A DNA stretch of 64,000 nt, from contig JACPIF010000011.1 in NCBI GenBank assembly GCA_016188215.1, forward strand, positions 2,139-66,138, read 5' to 3'. A model generated the notes under the pieces. That model made no database searches. It saw only the letters and a program-made list of their open reading frames with translations, and was not told the origin of the DNA. The first letter of the stretch is position 1. Every line of letters begins with the position of its first letter. Source of the stretch: Candidatus Woesearchaeota archaeon (GTDB lineage Archaea; Nanobdellota; Nanobdellia; Woesearchaeales; JACPIF01). Shown piece by piece: positions 34,450-44,280 of this stretch. The position numbers and the translations under genes are program-made.

Positions 34450-34452
34450 ATC

Positions 34453-36654
34453 TCAATACCAATAGTCATAGTACCTTTCTTTCTCAAAAGGCAGCTGCAG
34501 CTCATTCAGCTTCTCCAGGCTCTCAATATCATTCATCTGGATCTTTGAAGCTGAGACAGTATAGAGCGCCGTGCCGATGTACAGGCTTCTCCTGACTGCA
34601 TACGGGCTGCCGTAATACACTGCATCTTCCTCGCCATCCCTATGGCTGATCTTTCCTTTGACAGCGACCCCGTCAGGAGAGACGTGCAGCACATAGGCTC
34701 CCTGCCATACCTGCCACTTGTAGTAGCCAAGCTTCTCATCATAAATGCGGCTTTGCTTGCTCTCTGTTATAGGTAAGATAACAAGATTCCTCTTCTTGTC
34801 AAAAAGGAATGCCTTATGCTCGTGCAATGCCTCTGATTCAGTTCCCTGCTCTCCAATTTCCACGCTTCCTATTTGCTTGGGCTTGCTCACATCACTCACG
34901 TCAAACAGCGCAACCTTAACTCCCTTAACTGACACGCCGCCCCATTCATTATCCTTTGTTTCTTTTCCTATGCCAATGACATGGCTCTCGTCATATGGAT
35001 GCAGGTAGTCCGAGTATCCAGGTATCTTCAGCTCTCCCAACACCTCAGGCTGCTCTGCATTTGACATATCAATGACGAACAATGGATCAATGCGCTTGAA
35101 CGTTACCATATACAATCTGTCGCCCATGAACCTGGTGGAATATATCCTTTCATCAGGCGCGATATCCTCAAGCTTCCCGATGATCTTCATGCCCTCATCA
35201 AGCACGTAAACGTTATTGTACTGCTCAAATCTGCTTTCCATAGGAGGCATTGGCCTTATGATAGATGTGGAAGCAATAGCATCAGCTTTCCCGGCGCTTC
35301 CTTCAGTTGCATCAGACTGGACTTTTGTAACCGGAATCTGCCTGTAAATCTCAGTAGTAGTTGCCACCCTCAGCTTGCTCTCATGCTCATCCAAAGAGAA
35401 CTGGTTCAGCAGCATCCCTGGAACCTCACCCTTTGCAGCATACTCTATGGCACCCCCCGCAATAGTTATCTTATGGATGACAGTTTTCATCCGCTCAAGC
35501 TGCTGCTTGGTTTCATAGTCAGCATACGCAGCTTCAATCTTCTCAATCAGCTGCTGCTTCTCGCCTTCACTCATTGCATTGTACATCTCTTCAAGTATTT
35601 CTGATATCTTCTGCCCTTTCTCCCGTGTACTGAGTGAAGCATCATCCTTTATAGCCTGTATCTTTGCCTGCACATCCCCAGGAAGCAGCGGCACCACAAC
35701 CGCATAGAACCTTTCCTGCGCATAATCCTCAGAATAATAGTAGGGGAGATTCTTCTGGTAGGCAATGTACATGGCAGAAGGCGACACGTAAAGTGTATTG
35801 GAATAGCCCATAAGGAAACTCTTTGCCTGCATCTCTTCATCAAGCTCTGCTATATTGAAGGATGCAACCGTATGGTAGACATAGTTCTGCTCAACATTGT
35901 CAAAATAGTATATATCAGGTTGTGCTATGAGCCTTCCGGATTCTCTTACCGCGGGCAAAGGAATAGGCCCTGGGCTGTAGAACGCCTGCTCTTTTGCAAC
36001 TAAATAGACATGATCATCTATCATCCTGGATTCAAAATAGCTGCCTGTCATTGTATAATTCTTCAGCAGCTTTGGATTTGCCTTATCGCTTATATCATAC
36101 ACCAGTATTTCAGTGTTCTGCGTATATCGCTCGCGTGGCATGAAATCAAATTCAGGTATTGTATACACAATGGCATCCACATCGCTGATAATGGCAACCC
36201 TGTCATTATTCAGCAATAAATCCCTCGGCCTGCCAGCAAGCTTTATTGTAGAGACTACCTTGGCTTCTTCAGCAGGGTACGCATCTGCAATGATAAATTT
36301 GTCCTGTGACACAAGATAGATGTATTTGCCATCATTCTTTACAATATCAGCCTCATCCACTCCGGAAACCTGCACATTGGTCTGCGAGTAATCCTCCGCC
36401 CCGGCAGCAGGCGCAGCAGCAGCTTTGCTTGCGACAGCATCCTCAGCAACCATGCTCCTGATGCCGATGCCGCCTGCATACACCTGCCCATGCTCTTTCA
36501 GGAATGCAGCGACTTCTGCAGCATTAGCGAATTTCTTGAGCTCCTGGCTGCCCTGTACTTCAGGCTTCTGCTGCGTGCATGCCGAAAGGAGCAGCAGGCC
36601 GAGTATGCTTATCATAAATACTGTAGACCATGCCTGTTTGTTCATAATTCTCAC
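34453..36654 (-). CDS. secreted beta-propeller domain lipoprotein (COG4880 / Beta_propel-like)
   Basis: 733 aa. Signal plus LSAC lipobox. STRFMGDRLYMVTFKRIDPLFVIDMSN..PGYSDYLHPYDE is typical of this family. Confidence 0.8.
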   Translation of the reverse strand: MRIMNKQAWSTVFMISILGLLLLSACTQQKPEVQGSQELKKFANAAEVAAFLKEHGQVYAGGIGIRSMVAEDAVASKAAAAPAAGAEDYSQTNVQVSGVDEADIVKNDGKYIYLVSQDKFIIADAYPAEEAKVVSTIKLAGRPRDLLLNNDRVAIISDVDAIVYTIPEFDFMPRERYTQNTEILVYDISDKANPKLLKNYTMTGSYFESRMIDDHVYLVAKEQAFYSPGPIPLPAVRESGRLIAQPDIYYFDNVEQNYVYHTVASFNIAELDEEMQAKSFLMGYSNTLYVSPSAMYIAYQKNLPYYYSEDYAQERFYAVVVPLLPGDVQAKIQAIKDDASLSTREKGQKISEILEEMYNAMSEGEKQQLIEKIEAAYADYETKQQLERMKTVIHKITIAGGAIEYAAKGEVPGMLLNQFSLDEHESKLRVATTTEIYRQIPVTKVQSDATEGSAGKADAIASTSIIRPMPPMESRFEQYNNVYVLDEGMKIIGKLEDIAPDERIYSTRFMGDRLYMVTFKRIDPLFVIDMSNAEQPEVLGELKIPGYSDYLHPYDESHVIGIGKETKDNEWGGVSVKGVKVALFDVSDVSKPKQIGSVEIGEQGTESEALHEHKAFLFDKKRNLVILPITESKQSRIYDEKLGYYKWQVWQGAYVLHVSPDGVAVKGKISHRDGEEDAVYYGSPYAVRRSLYIGTALYTVSASKIQMNDIESLEKLNELQLPFEKERYYDYWY

Positions 36655-36823
36655 CAGCTATATGGGATGCAGCACTATATAAATACATTAGCTAGACTTC
36701 TAGCACGATTGCAGTTATGCCCTTTTGTGGGATTCGTTAAAGCACATTGTCATTACCATCCCGTATAGAATACTCTGAAGGCCATAATAAAATTTAAATA
36801 GGGGTAGGTTCAGGTTTATCCTA

Positions 36824-37861
36824 ATGCTGCGAAAACATATAGCAACAATATTTACATGCATCCTGCTTCTGTTCAGCATCCTTGCTCTTGCCCATGAAGA
36901 GGATGATGATAATGTGCTTGAGGCAAAGAAAACAGCATTGGAGCTTGCCGCCCAAAAGCATCTAATCAAGCTTGAGGCAACGCTTTCAGTTGCTGAAAAG
37001 CAGAACCTAAACACAGTAGACCTGCTTATCACTAAGGAGAATTTCAAGGAAGCTATTGACGGCATCAACGCTGCAAACACTAAGGAAGAGCTCAAGGCAG
37101 CGCAGGATCAGCTTGTAGATATTGCCCAGGATTTCAGGAAGCAGGCAAAGGCATCTGCCGTTGACGTCTATAAGAGTGAAGTGAGCGCAGAGATGGGGCT
37201 GCAGCTTGAAAAAAGCAGGAATGCCACGCAGCAGTACGTTGACAAGGCTGCTGAAGCGCGCCGGACCGCTATCCTCAGGCTTTTTGACCATCATGTAGAA
37301 GATGCTCAGGAAGCAGTTGACAAGCTCAAGCTCAAGGATGTCAATACAGCAGACGTAGAGGCACGCCTTGCGCAGTTCAAGGCGCTCAAGCCTGAGCTTG
37401 TTGCCTCTCTGGCATCAGGCGATAAATCGCAGGTCTCTGAGACCATGCGCAAGGTTCAGTTAAACTGGCAACAGCTCAAGAAATCATTCAGGGAGGCCAC
37501 AAGGGGCAAGCAGATGACTGAAGCGCTTGAGCGGGCTGATAAGCTGGCAGAGCGGGTGCAGCGCAACATTGACAAGCTCCGCGAGAAGGGAGTCCCGACT
37601 ACCGTGCTTGAAACAAAACTTGCCACCTTCAAAACAAAAGTCACTGACGCAAGGAATGCGCTCCAGCTTGCCAATTATGATGCAGCAGAGGTCATCCTAA
37701 AGCAGATCAAGAGTGCATATGTTGACCTCAAGCAGTCGCACCAGGATATTGTAGGCAAAGCCACAGGGAAGGCAGCTGTTGAGAAGAAATTTACTGAAGA
37801 AGATATCAAGAAAGGCATGGAAAAGAAGCCTGATAAGGCTATGAAAGGTGAATCATCATGA
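36824..37861 (+). CDS. secreted alpha-helical / coiled-coil protein
   Basis: 345 aa. Signal peptide, then Ala/Lys/Glu/Gln-rich helical sequence throughout. Confidence 0.6.
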   Translation: MLRKHIATIFTCILLLFSILALAHEEDDDNVLEAKKTALELAAQKHLIKLEATLSVAEKQNLNTVDLLITKENFKEAIDGINAANTKEELKAAQDQLVDIAQDFRKQAKASAVDVYKSEVSAEMGLQLEKSRNATQQYVDKAAEARRTAILRLFDHHVEDAQEAVDKLKLKDVNTADVEARLAQFKALKPELVASLASGDKSQVSETMRKVQLNWQQLKKSFREATRGKQMTEALERADKLAERVQRNIDKLREKGVPTTVLETKLATFKTKVTDARNALQLANYDAAEVILKQIKSAYVDLKQSHQDIVGKATGKAAVEKKFTEEDIKKGMEKKPDKAMKGESS

Positions 37862-38079
37862 AGAAGTTCCATATCTTGCTACTCATTGCAATCCTTGCAC
37901 TTGTCATAGCAGGTTGCAAGGCAGACCAGTCCAAGGTTGACGTCTCAACCGAGCCGTTGGATGCAGCCGATGCACTGGATGTGCAGCCTGACCCTGCAGC
38001 AGATCTTGGCAACGAGACATTATCCGCAGCAGCAGACGACACATCCGAGCAGGAAGATATCTTTGAGAACCCGGTTTAG
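37858..38079 (+). CDS. small acidic lipoprotein
   Basis: 73 aa. MKKFHILLLIAILALVIAGC (lipobox). ATGA overlap with the upstream gene. Confidence 0.5.
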   Translation: MKKFHILLLIAILALVIAGCKADQSKVDVSTEPLDAADALDVQPDPAADLGNETLSAAADDTSEQEDIFENPV

Positions 38080-38450
38080 AATAGCTCTTCAGTTTCTTTC
38101 AGCAGCGTAGCGGCATCCACATCCTGCCATACTTCTACCGCATCCTTGCTGCAGTATGGGCAATTCTTTGGATAGCCGAATTCCTTTCCCCTGCTGAAGC
38201 GGAACTTGCAGGCAGTGCAATAATACCTGAGCGTGTCCCTTGTCTCTTTCTTCCGCACCTCGCTCGGCCTGACCATTGCATTCTCCGGGCTTGAGAAATC
38301 ATGCGTTTGCATCGTCCCTTTGATGCCCTTCACCTGCCGCTCATAGCAGTCAAAGCATATCAGCTCAGAGCCGCTCATGTCATATTTCATGACCTTGATA
38401 GGAACCTTGACCTTGCACTTCTTGCATGTTATCAGCGTGCTTTCATCCAT
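38076..38450 (-). CDS. double zinc-ribbon protein
   Basis: 124 aa. CKKC..CFDC and CTAC..CPYC. Confidence 0.55.
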   Translation of the reverse strand: MDESTLITCKKCKVKVPIKVMKYDMSGSELICFDCYERQVKGIKGTMQTHDFSSPENAMVRPSEVRKKETRDTLRYYCTACKFRFSRGKEFGYPKNCPYCSKDAVEVWQDVDAATLLKETEELF

Positions 38451-38529
38451 ACCAAGATTCTTGCTTTTGGGATATATAATTGTTAGCTTTTTTGCTCATC
38501 GTTTTTAAGATTTTAAGATATAGAACGGG

Positions 38530-38775
38530 TCACCTGTTTGCCGGTTCATCCTTGATCAAATCCCTGATATAGATTGCAGCAACAACAATAGGTTTTACAA
38601 AAGGATACACAATTGGTCTTCTCACATATTTGGTGAAAGCGCCTTCTAGACCGCCCTCTTGTATTAAGCGTTCATCGATATCATCGAGTCTCTTGAATCC
38701 AACCTCGACATCTTTCTTCGCATAAAGATATGCTCTTTCAAATCTAGTGTCTCTGAAGAGGTTTGATACACTCAT
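38530..38775 (-). CDS. hypothetical protein
   Basis: 81-aa ORF. No motif recognised. Confidence 0.4.
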   Translation of the reverse strand: MSVSNLFRDTRFERAYLYAKKDVEVGFKRLDDIDERLIQEGGLEGAFTKYVRRPIVYPFVKPIVVAAIYIRDLIKDEPANR

Positions 38776-38849
38776 TTTTTTAAAGGAAGCTCGTTGAATA
38801 TTTAAGGTTTGCGCCTTTCAATTTACAAAAGTTAAAATAGCATAACTTA

Positions 38850-39458
38850 TTGTTCAGCAATATGGCATTCTTTACCCTTGGCGAGCTTATTGATGTCATT
38901 ATAATGACAATTGCCGTCGGCTTCATCTTCTCAGGTTCGTTTAAAAGGCCGGAAGAAGAGGATTACGAGCCATTGAAGCAGAGCTATGGAAGGTTCAACT
39001 GGCAGAATATCTGGTTTGCCGTCATCATAACTGCCCCTGCTGTCATTTTCCACGAGCTGTTCCATAAGATTGTTGCGCTCTATTTTGACTTAAATGCAAC
39101 TTTTCACGCAGCTTATTTCTGGCTAGGCATTGGAATAATTCTAAAGCTTATTAACTTCGGCTTCATCTTTTTTGTTCCGGGATATGTTTCAATTGGCTGC
39201 GCCTCCATGCCCTGTACTTTCACCCCATTAATGAGCAGCATCATTGCATTCTCAGGCCCGTTTCTTAACCTAGTTCTCTGGCTCGGCTCCTTGGCTTTAT
39301 TGAAATTCAATCCAGGATTCATAAGGACGCGCAAGACTTTCGCAATAATCCATCTCACCAAGAGCATCAACATGTTCCTCTTCATCTTTAATATGATACC
39401 CATCCCAGGATTTGACGGCTTTAAGGTGTTTGAAGGCTTGATACAGGCTTTCTTCTAA
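38850..39458 (+). CDS. membrane metalloprotease, M50 / site-2-protease-like
   Basis: 202 aa. HELFHK (HExxH) inside a TM segment, and FNMIPIPGFDG (NxxPxxxxDG). An ATG alternative lies at 38862. Confidence 0.65.
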   Translation: MFSNMAFFTLGELIDVIIMTIAVGFIFSGSFKRPEEEDYEPLKQSYGRFNWQNIWFAVIITAPAVIFHELFHKIVALYFDLNATFHAAYFWLGIGIILKLINFGFIFFVPGYVSIGCASMPCTFTPLMSSIIAFSGPFLNLVLWLGSLALLKFNPGFIRTRKTFAIIHLTKSINMFLFIFNMIPIPGFDGFKVFEGLIQAFF

Positions 39459-39525
39459 CTTAGTTACTATCAAGTAGTTAAAATACGAAAGATTTATATA
39501 TATCAGAACATAATAGCCAAAGTTT

Positions 39526-40320
39526 ATGGTACAAGTCCAGACATTAGCAGGACCAGTAAATTTATCTATAGTTCAAGCTGAGCAACAAATCAATAGGTAT
39601 CAATCCCAATACAAACAACTTACCGAAGGAATAGTCAGCGCTGTAAATCTTATACGTAGCTATGACTCTGAATTTGGAAAAAGGCAGGTTGATTTGGCTG
39701 GCCTGAAATTAACTCTTAATGGTGTAGATACAACGGCCTTTCTTTCTTTACATCAGGCTTATTTGGATCAATTGCTAGCCTCTTCAAGAGGGCAAGTGAG
39801 AGGAGAAGATCTTATTTTGTCCAATGACCAGCTAAGAGGAATAATCTTTAACTTGGAAGTTTTGAATATGTATCATGAAGATACTTCTAAAGAAGTAACA
39901 TGCAGTGGTGTGCATTACGGCTCTGATCCATCAAGTCCGCAAAGATTAGCCTTAGAGTTTGGAATTAAAGTTGTACCGGATGGAATAAGAGAGACAGTGA
40001 ATATAAGGGGTTCTTGTCATTATACATCTCAATATGACAGAGTAGTGGATACGGAATTTCAGGATTTTTTAATACCACAAGATGTTGGTAAGAAACCAAA
40101 TGATAAATTGAACTACGCGCTTGCTCTGTGGGATATCAGGGAGCCAATCGGCGGCGCTAGACTTGCTAGATTAGGTGCTTTAAGATTACAAGTGATGGAT
40201 CAGGCTCTTCTGCACCTGGTCAGAATATTTGAAAAAAGGGAAGCTGGGGCACGTGAAGCAGGAGCTAGCCTAGAGAAACTTAAAGGCCTTGAAGCGCTAG
40301 CACAGCCTAATTTATTCTGA
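39526..40320 (+). CDS. hypothetical soluble protein
   Basis: 264-aa ORF. No motif recognised. Confidence 0.5.
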   Translation: MVQVQTLAGPVNLSIVQAEQQINRYQSQYKQLTEGIVSAVNLIRSYDSEFGKRQVDLAGLKLTLNGVDTTAFLSLHQAYLDQLLASSRGQVRGEDLILSNDQLRGIIFNLEVLNMYHEDTSKEVTCSGVHYGSDPSSPQRLALEFGIKVVPDGIRETVNIRGSCHYTSQYDRVVDTEFQDFLIPQDVGKKPNDKLNYALALWDIREPIGGARLARLGALRLQVMDQALLHLVRIFEKREAGAREAGASLEKLKGLEALAQPNLF

Positions 40321-40441
40321 ATGTAATTAGTAGAATAATCAAGCAGTAAACTTTAAATACCCCTTATCTAACACTGATTTGTGCTCTTACACAATTTATA
40401 TCAAAGAGTTATTGGAATTCTTAACCTAGGGGTGCTGCTCA

Positions 40442-42142
40442 ATGGGTGAAGAGCTTCTCAAGTCAGTCGCAGACAAGACTGTAGAGCACGAATACTACAT
40501 ACCTATACCTGATAACTATAAGCTTGGCCGCACCAAATATGTAATCATCTTTGGCACAGTCATGTCCGGCCTGGGCAAGGGCATTTTCTCCTCATCTTTG
40601 GCAAAACTCATGCAGTTTAAGGGCTTTACGATAGCCCCTATAAAATTTGACGGCTACCTTAACATAGATGCAGGCACATTAAACCCATACCGCCATGGCG
40701 AGGTTTTTGTATTGGATGACGGCACAGAATGCGACATGGACCTGGGCACGTATGAGAGGTTTCTTGACATTGACCTGACCAAAGACAATTATTTGACAGG
40801 CGGCAAGATATTCAATAGCATCCTGGGCAGGGAAAGAGAAGGCAAGTATCTTGGAAGAGACGTGCAATTCATACCCCATGTAACTGGAGAAATCAAGCTG
40901 TTCCTGAGGAATCTTGCTATGAAGCGCAATGCAGATTTTGTCTTTGTTGAGGTCGGCGGAACTGTCGGCGACATTGAAAACAATTATTTTATTGAGGCGA
41001 TGCGCGAGCTGGCATATGAGGAGGGCAGGGATAATGTTGTCTTTGTCGCCTTGACTTATGTCCTGGAGCCGGGCTTCCTGGGCGAGCAGAAGAGCAAGGC
41101 TGCCCAGTTAGGCATCCGCTCATTGATGGGCGCAGGCATCCAGCCGCATATAATAGCATGCAGGGCAAGGAATCCAGTATCGCAAAGGGTCAGGGAAAAG
41201 ATCAGCGTCTTCTCAAATGTTCCTGTTGACAAGGTCATCAGCGTGCATGATGCAGAAAGCATATACGAGATTCCTGCGCTCTTGAAAGCAGCAGGCACTG
41301 ACGAGCATGTCCTTGACATTGTTAAGCTCAGGGACAAGGCAAATAGGGAAAAGGAAAAGCAGCTGTGGAAAGAGTGGCAGTCCCTTACATCAAAGCTCAG
41401 GCAGTCCAGGAAGGAGATTACTATAGGAATAACAGGGAAATACACTGGGTTGCGGGATTCATATGCAAGCATCCTCAATGCGCTGGAGCATGCGGGGCTG
41501 CATGCAGGCACAAAGGTCAATGTAAAATGGATTGAGACCACGGATATTGACGCTGGAAAGGTAAAGCCTGAGCAGGCGTTGAAGGGCGTGAAAGGCATTA
41601 TTGTCCCGGGCGGTTTCGGAAAGCGCGGAGCAGAGGGAAAGATTGCCTGCATCAAATATGCTAGAGAAAAGAATATACCTTTCCTCGGCTTATGCTACGG
41701 CCTGCAGCTTGCCGCTATTGAATTTGCCCGGAATGTAGTTGGTCTTAAAGACGCCAATAGTACCGAAATTGAACCGAATACGAAAATACCAATAATTGAC
41801 ACATTACCAGAACAAAAGAGACTTGAAGGACTAGGGGGAAATATGCGATTGGGCGCACAAGAAGTTGTTATAAAAAAAGGAACTTTGGCGTACAAACTCT
41901 ATGGTGATAAAGTAAAAAGAAGATTCAGACATAGGTATGAAGTCAATCCGAAATACATTGAGCAGCTTGAGAAAAAGAGATTCATATTTTCAGGAAAGCA
42001 CCCAAAGTATCCAATAATGCAGATAGCAGAATTAAAGGGGCATAAATTCTTCCTCAGCAGCCAATTTCATCCAGAGCTAAGCTCCAGGCCTATGAAACCT
42101 GAGCCTATGTTTCTCGGTTTTGTAAAAGCGTGCTTGAAATAG
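40442..42142 (+). CDS. pyrG: CTP synthase
   Basis: 566 aa. SGLGKGIFSSSLAKLM, GGTVGDIE, glutaminase GLCYGLQ, and FHPE. Confidence 0.93.
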   Translation: MGEELLKSVADKTVEHEYYIPIPDNYKLGRTKYVIIFGTVMSGLGKGIFSSSLAKLMQFKGFTIAPIKFDGYLNIDAGTLNPYRHGEVFVLDDGTECDMDLGTYERFLDIDLTKDNYLTGGKIFNSILGREREGKYLGRDVQFIPHVTGEIKLFLRNLAMKRNADFVFVEVGGTVGDIENNYFIEAMRELAYEEGRDNVVFVALTYVLEPGFLGEQKSKAAQLGIRSLMGAGIQPHIIACRARNPVSQRVREKISVFSNVPVDKVISVHDAESIYEIPALLKAAGTDEHVLDIVKLRDKANREKEKQLWKEWQSLTSKLRQSRKEITIGITGKYTGLRDSYASILNALEHAGLHAGTKVNVKWIETTDIDAGKVKPEQALKGVKGIIVPGGFGKRGAEGKIACIKYAREKNIPFLGLCYGLQLAAIEFARNVVGLKDANSTEIEPNTKIPIIDTLPEQKRLEGLGGNMRLGAQEVVIKKGTLAYKLYGDKVKRRFRHRYEVNPKYIEQLEKKRFIFSGKHPKYPIMQIAELKGHKFFLSSQFHPELSSRPMKPEPMFLGFVKACLK

Positions 42143-42146
42143 AACA

Positions 42147-42608
42147 TTAACGAGGCTGCGGCTCTACTAATCGTATATCCTCAAATTGCGCTAACAATAT
42201 ATCAAGGCCCTCTTCCTGTGCCCGGCTGCATATATGCTTTAACTTCCAAAACATATCAAGAGTATACGACCCCCATTGCTCTTTGTGTACCTCTAGAACT
42301 CGCTTGCCTGCAGCAATGCTCTCCTTAATATCATGAATAGGCAGTTTCCATGTTTCTGGATGTACATACCTGCCAAATCTTATTTCCATTGGCTCTCCGT
42401 TATAAGGCTGCTCTGGTAAATGTTGTCCAAATATTCTACGCGCCTCCTCAAGCAGGATGTACTGTCCTCTTCCAACATAAAGCTCGTCAGCTTTGGCTTG
42501 GTTGCGGGATACCCAATAGTTGTGCCACATGTTGGCATAGTGCCCTGCGATATCAAGCATCCTGTAATACAGGGAGGTCTGATGGCGGTGATCCTCTGCT
42601 TGCTTCAT
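42147..42608 (-). CDS. hypothetical protein
   Basis: 153-aa ORF, His/Trp-rich. No motif recognised. Confidence 0.5.
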   Translation of the reverse strand: MKQAEDHRHQTSLYYRMLDIAGHYANMWHNYWVSRNQAKADELYVGRGQYILLEEARRIFGQHLPEQPYNGEPMEIRFGRYVHPETWKLPIHDIKESIAAGKRVLEVHKEQWGSYTLDMFWKLKHICSRAQEEGLDILLAQFEDIRLVEPQPR

Positions 42609-42694
42609 ATCTCATAAGAGATTGCTTTTATTATAAAAACCTGTTGCTCTGCCTTATTCCAAATAATGGGCTGTAAAGTCTTTTGGATATATTT

Positions 42695-43066
42695 TTAGAT
42701 TCTTGACCAAAGTGGTTTAGCCTCTTGCCGAGCATGTTCTCTTGCTCGTTCTAGCTCCCTTTCATGCTGGATTTCTTCATATTTTCTTATACTCTCTTCT
42801 GCACTGTCAGGGATTCTCCTAGCGTGTATTTTGATTGATTGACCTACAGTAGTTGATTTAGAACTACCAATTTCAACAATATAGATTGTGATGTTTCCCT
42901 TATCATCTACGCTTTGGGTAGCATTAAGGTTTAATTCTATCATTGCGTCTTGTGCAGAACACATTTCAAAACCAATTTGTCTCAACCCTGCTTCTACTTG
43001 TGATATGGCTTTAGGTAAGAAATGGGTTGCTGGGCTTCCTGCTGTTATTATTGGTTCAGCCATCAA
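42695..43066 (-). CDS. hypothetical protein, core reminiscent of a trypco2-type domain, charged C-terminal helix
   Basis: 123 aa. IELNLNATQSVDDKGNITIYIVEIGSSKSTTVGQSIKIHARRI. The ATG at 43063 overlaps the upstream stop (TGATG). Confidence 0.5.
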   Translation of the reverse strand: MMAEPIITAGSPATHFLPKAISQVEAGLRQIGFEMCSAQDAMIELNLNATQSVDDKGNITIYIVEIGSSKSTTVGQSIKIHARRIPDSAEESIRKYEEIQHERELERAREHARQEAKPLWSRI

Positions 43067-43227
43067 TCATCTTTCTCAATTATGAGTTTATCCCCCTTTA
43101 CTTCAGCTTCTAATTCTTGTCCCGATTTCCATCCCAGTTTTTCAATGAGCTTTGAAGGCAGGACAATCCAAAACTTTTCATATTTTTTGCCTTTATATAC
43201 CCTACTGGTCTGGGATTGTAGCTTCAT
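43063..43227 (-). CDS. AbrB/SpoVT/MazE-type small DNA-binding protein (54 aa, below the track cutoff)
   Basis: My translation: MKLQSQTSRVYKGKKYEKFWIVLPSKLIEKLGWKSGQELEAEVKGDKLIIEKDD. LPSKLIEKLGW..G.EL...V.GDKLII is the classic looped-hinge-helix pattern. Confidence 0.55.
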   Translation of the reverse strand: MKLQSQTSRVYKGKKYEKFWIVLPSKLIEKLGWKSGQELEAEVKGDKLIIEKDD

Positions 43228-43237
43228 TGCTTAATAT

Positions 43238-43340
43238 TAGGTATCTAACAGGTATATAAATATTTCGGTATCTAAAACTATATATTAGGTACCTATACAA
43301 TTAGGTATCTAAACATTTATATAGTAGTTTAGGTATCTAA
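43238..43340. promoter_or_regulatory. iterated AGGTATCTAA motifs between divergent genes
   Basis: Exact copies at 43239-43248, 43303-43312 and 43331-43340. Variants: AGGTATATAA 43251-43260, CGGTATCTAA 43266-43275, AGGTACCTAT 43287-43296. All are in the same orientation. Confidence 0.5.
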
Positions 43341-43345
43341 AGTAT

Positions 43346-44221
43346 ATGGATAACAAAATAAGATGTAGAACCTGCAAATCAGAGAACGTGGTCAAAAGAG
43401 GCACTAGCCCAACAAAGCTAAGAGGTGTCCAGCAGAGGTACTTATGTAAGGATTGCCATAAGACCTTTATCCCTGATTTAGGCTTCTGGAAGATGAAGAA
43501 CCATGAGAATAAGGTCACTAAGGCGATAGACGTTTACTTTAGCAACCTATCCAGCCGAAAGGTAAGGGATTTCTTTTATAGGCATGAAGAAACGAAAGTA
43601 AGCCATGTATCTGTTTTAGATTGGTGCAGAAAGTATGTCCTAAAGGTTCAGAAGTATATAGACACTTTAAAACCTCAATTACTTGGTAGAGTTTATGCTG
43701 ATGAAACTGAAATAGACAGAGAGAAAAACCATAACGATATATTTTGGTGCTCTGTTGATTGGGATACACGATATATTAACGCAACCTTATATTCTCCTCA
43801 CTCTCAAAATATGGAAGATGCTACTGAATTTATGCACAGAATAAAACAAAAAGGCGTACCAAAATATATTCAAACTGATGGATTGCCGTTCTATCCCTCT
43901 GCTTTTAGCAAAGTATTCGGTCAAGGAAAAAGAAAATATGATTTAAGGACAGAGCATAGAGTAAACAATGTTTCAAAAACTAAGAAGCATAACGTAAGGA
44001 TTGAGACTGTTTTCTCAAAGATAAAAGATAGAGTCTATGACTTCAGAGGACTTAAAGCCCTTTGGAGTGCTCCTATATTATTGGCTGGAATAGTGTTGCA
44101 ACACAATTTTATTCAGAAACACACAACAACAAAAGCATTCCCTTGTGAATTAGCAGGATTGCAGTTAGAAACGGGAGTTAATAGATGGTTAGGAATAATT
44201 AGATTAAGTGCGGAAGTGTGA
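43346..44221 (+). CDS. DDE transposase, IS6-family-like, with an N-terminal zinc finger
   Basis: 291 aa. CRTC..CKDC, then YADETEI (D), IQTDGLPFY (D, about 59 aa later), RIETVFSKIKDR (E about 34 aa later, K at +7). Confidence 0.78.
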   Translation: MDNKIRCRTCKSENVVKRGTSPTKLRGVQQRYLCKDCHKTFIPDLGFWKMKNHENKVTKAIDVYFSNLSSRKVRDFFYRHEETKVSHVSVLDWCRKYVLKVQKYIDTLKPQLLGRVYADETEIDREKNHNDIFWCSVDWDTRYINATLYSPHSQNMEDATEFMHRIKQKGVPKYIQTDGLPFYPSAFSKVFGQGKRKYDLRTEHRVNNVSKTKKHNVRIETVFSKIKDRVYDFRGLKALWSAPILLAGIVLQHNFIQKHTTTKAFPCELAGLQLETGVNRWLGIIRLSAEV

Positions 44222-44280
44222 TATCCCCCGTAGTTGCATAAAATTTAAAAGCAACCTACTACAGCATATTTGCAGAAAAA

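Noticed and set aside
36715-37095. 126-aa minus-strand ORF
   Set aside because: It is Ser/Ala-rich and antisense to the signal-peptide-bearing coiled-coil gene. It also spans that gene's promoter region.
41056-41655. 199-aa minus-strand ORF
   Set aside because: It is antisense to pyrG (CTP synthase), which is unambiguous.
43238-43340. Possible CRISPR array
   Set aside because: The repeats are only 10 nt long, irregularly spaced (12-28 nt) and partly degenerate, with no cas genes nearby. I treat them as iterons or operators instead. No CRISPR array was seen anywhere in the window.
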